Shown: positions 63,745 through 64,000 of the stretch, piece by piece
Layout: every line of letters starts with the position of its first letter
How positions within the stretch are numbered: the stretch's first letter is position 1
NCBI GenBank assembly: GCA_951406725.2
Contig: OX597814.1
Span: 83,142,001 to 83,206,000 of the forward strand
From: Octopus vulgaris
Taxonomy: Eukaryota
Direction: 5' to 3'
DNA length: 64,000 nucleotides
Translations under genes and position numbers: made by a program
The notes under the pieces: model-generated
What the model was told of the DNA's origin: nothing
What the model saw: only the letters and a program-made list of their open reading frames with translations
Database searches by the model: none

Positions 63745-64000
63745 CATGGCTGTGTGGTAAGAAGCTTGCTTCCCAACCACATGGTTCCAGGTTCAGTCCC
63801 ACTGCATGGCACCTTGGGCTCACCAAAGCCTTCTAAGTAGATTTCGTAGATGGAAAATTGAAAGAAGCCTGTTAAATATATATGTGTGTGTATGTCGGTG
63901 TTTGTCCCCCTCCCCCATCACTGGTGTGTTTGCATCTCCATAACTTGGTAGTTCAGCAAAAGAGACTGATAGAATAAGTGCCTGGCTTTAAAAAAAATAT
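63745..64000 (+). mobile_element. SINE family A copy running off the window
   Basis: tggctgtgtggtaagaagcttgcttcccaaccacatggttccaggttcagtcccactg. Confidence 0.88.

Overview
AT-rich, microsatellite-dense animal genomic DNA. It is most likely intronic/intergenic sequence of a coleoid cephalopod (Octopus-like); this is inferred from recognising the SINE families, not from a search. No prokaryotic features, rRNA, intact tRNA or CRISPR array are visible, and most ORF-track entries are microsatellite or transposon artefacts. Supportable content: three decayed copies of one mariner (DD34D) family plus two other mariner relics; hAT- and piggyBac-type MITEs; remnants of CR1, RTE, RTE-X and R4/Dong LINEs, mostly on the minus strand; several tRNA-derived SINE families; and a few candidate small exons. 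The most unusual signal is a set of short head-to-head palindromic elements (11468-11786, 43890-44466, probably 35820-36383). The first two carry minimal type-I hammerhead ribozyme motifs in their arms, and further decayed hammerheads lie at about 27915 and 30223, consistent with non-autonomous Penelope-like (retrozyme-like) elements. A second lead is a minus-strand 63-codon terminal exon missed by the ORF track, which could encode a small secreted protein interleaved with plus-strand exons. Boundaries of old repeats are approximate.
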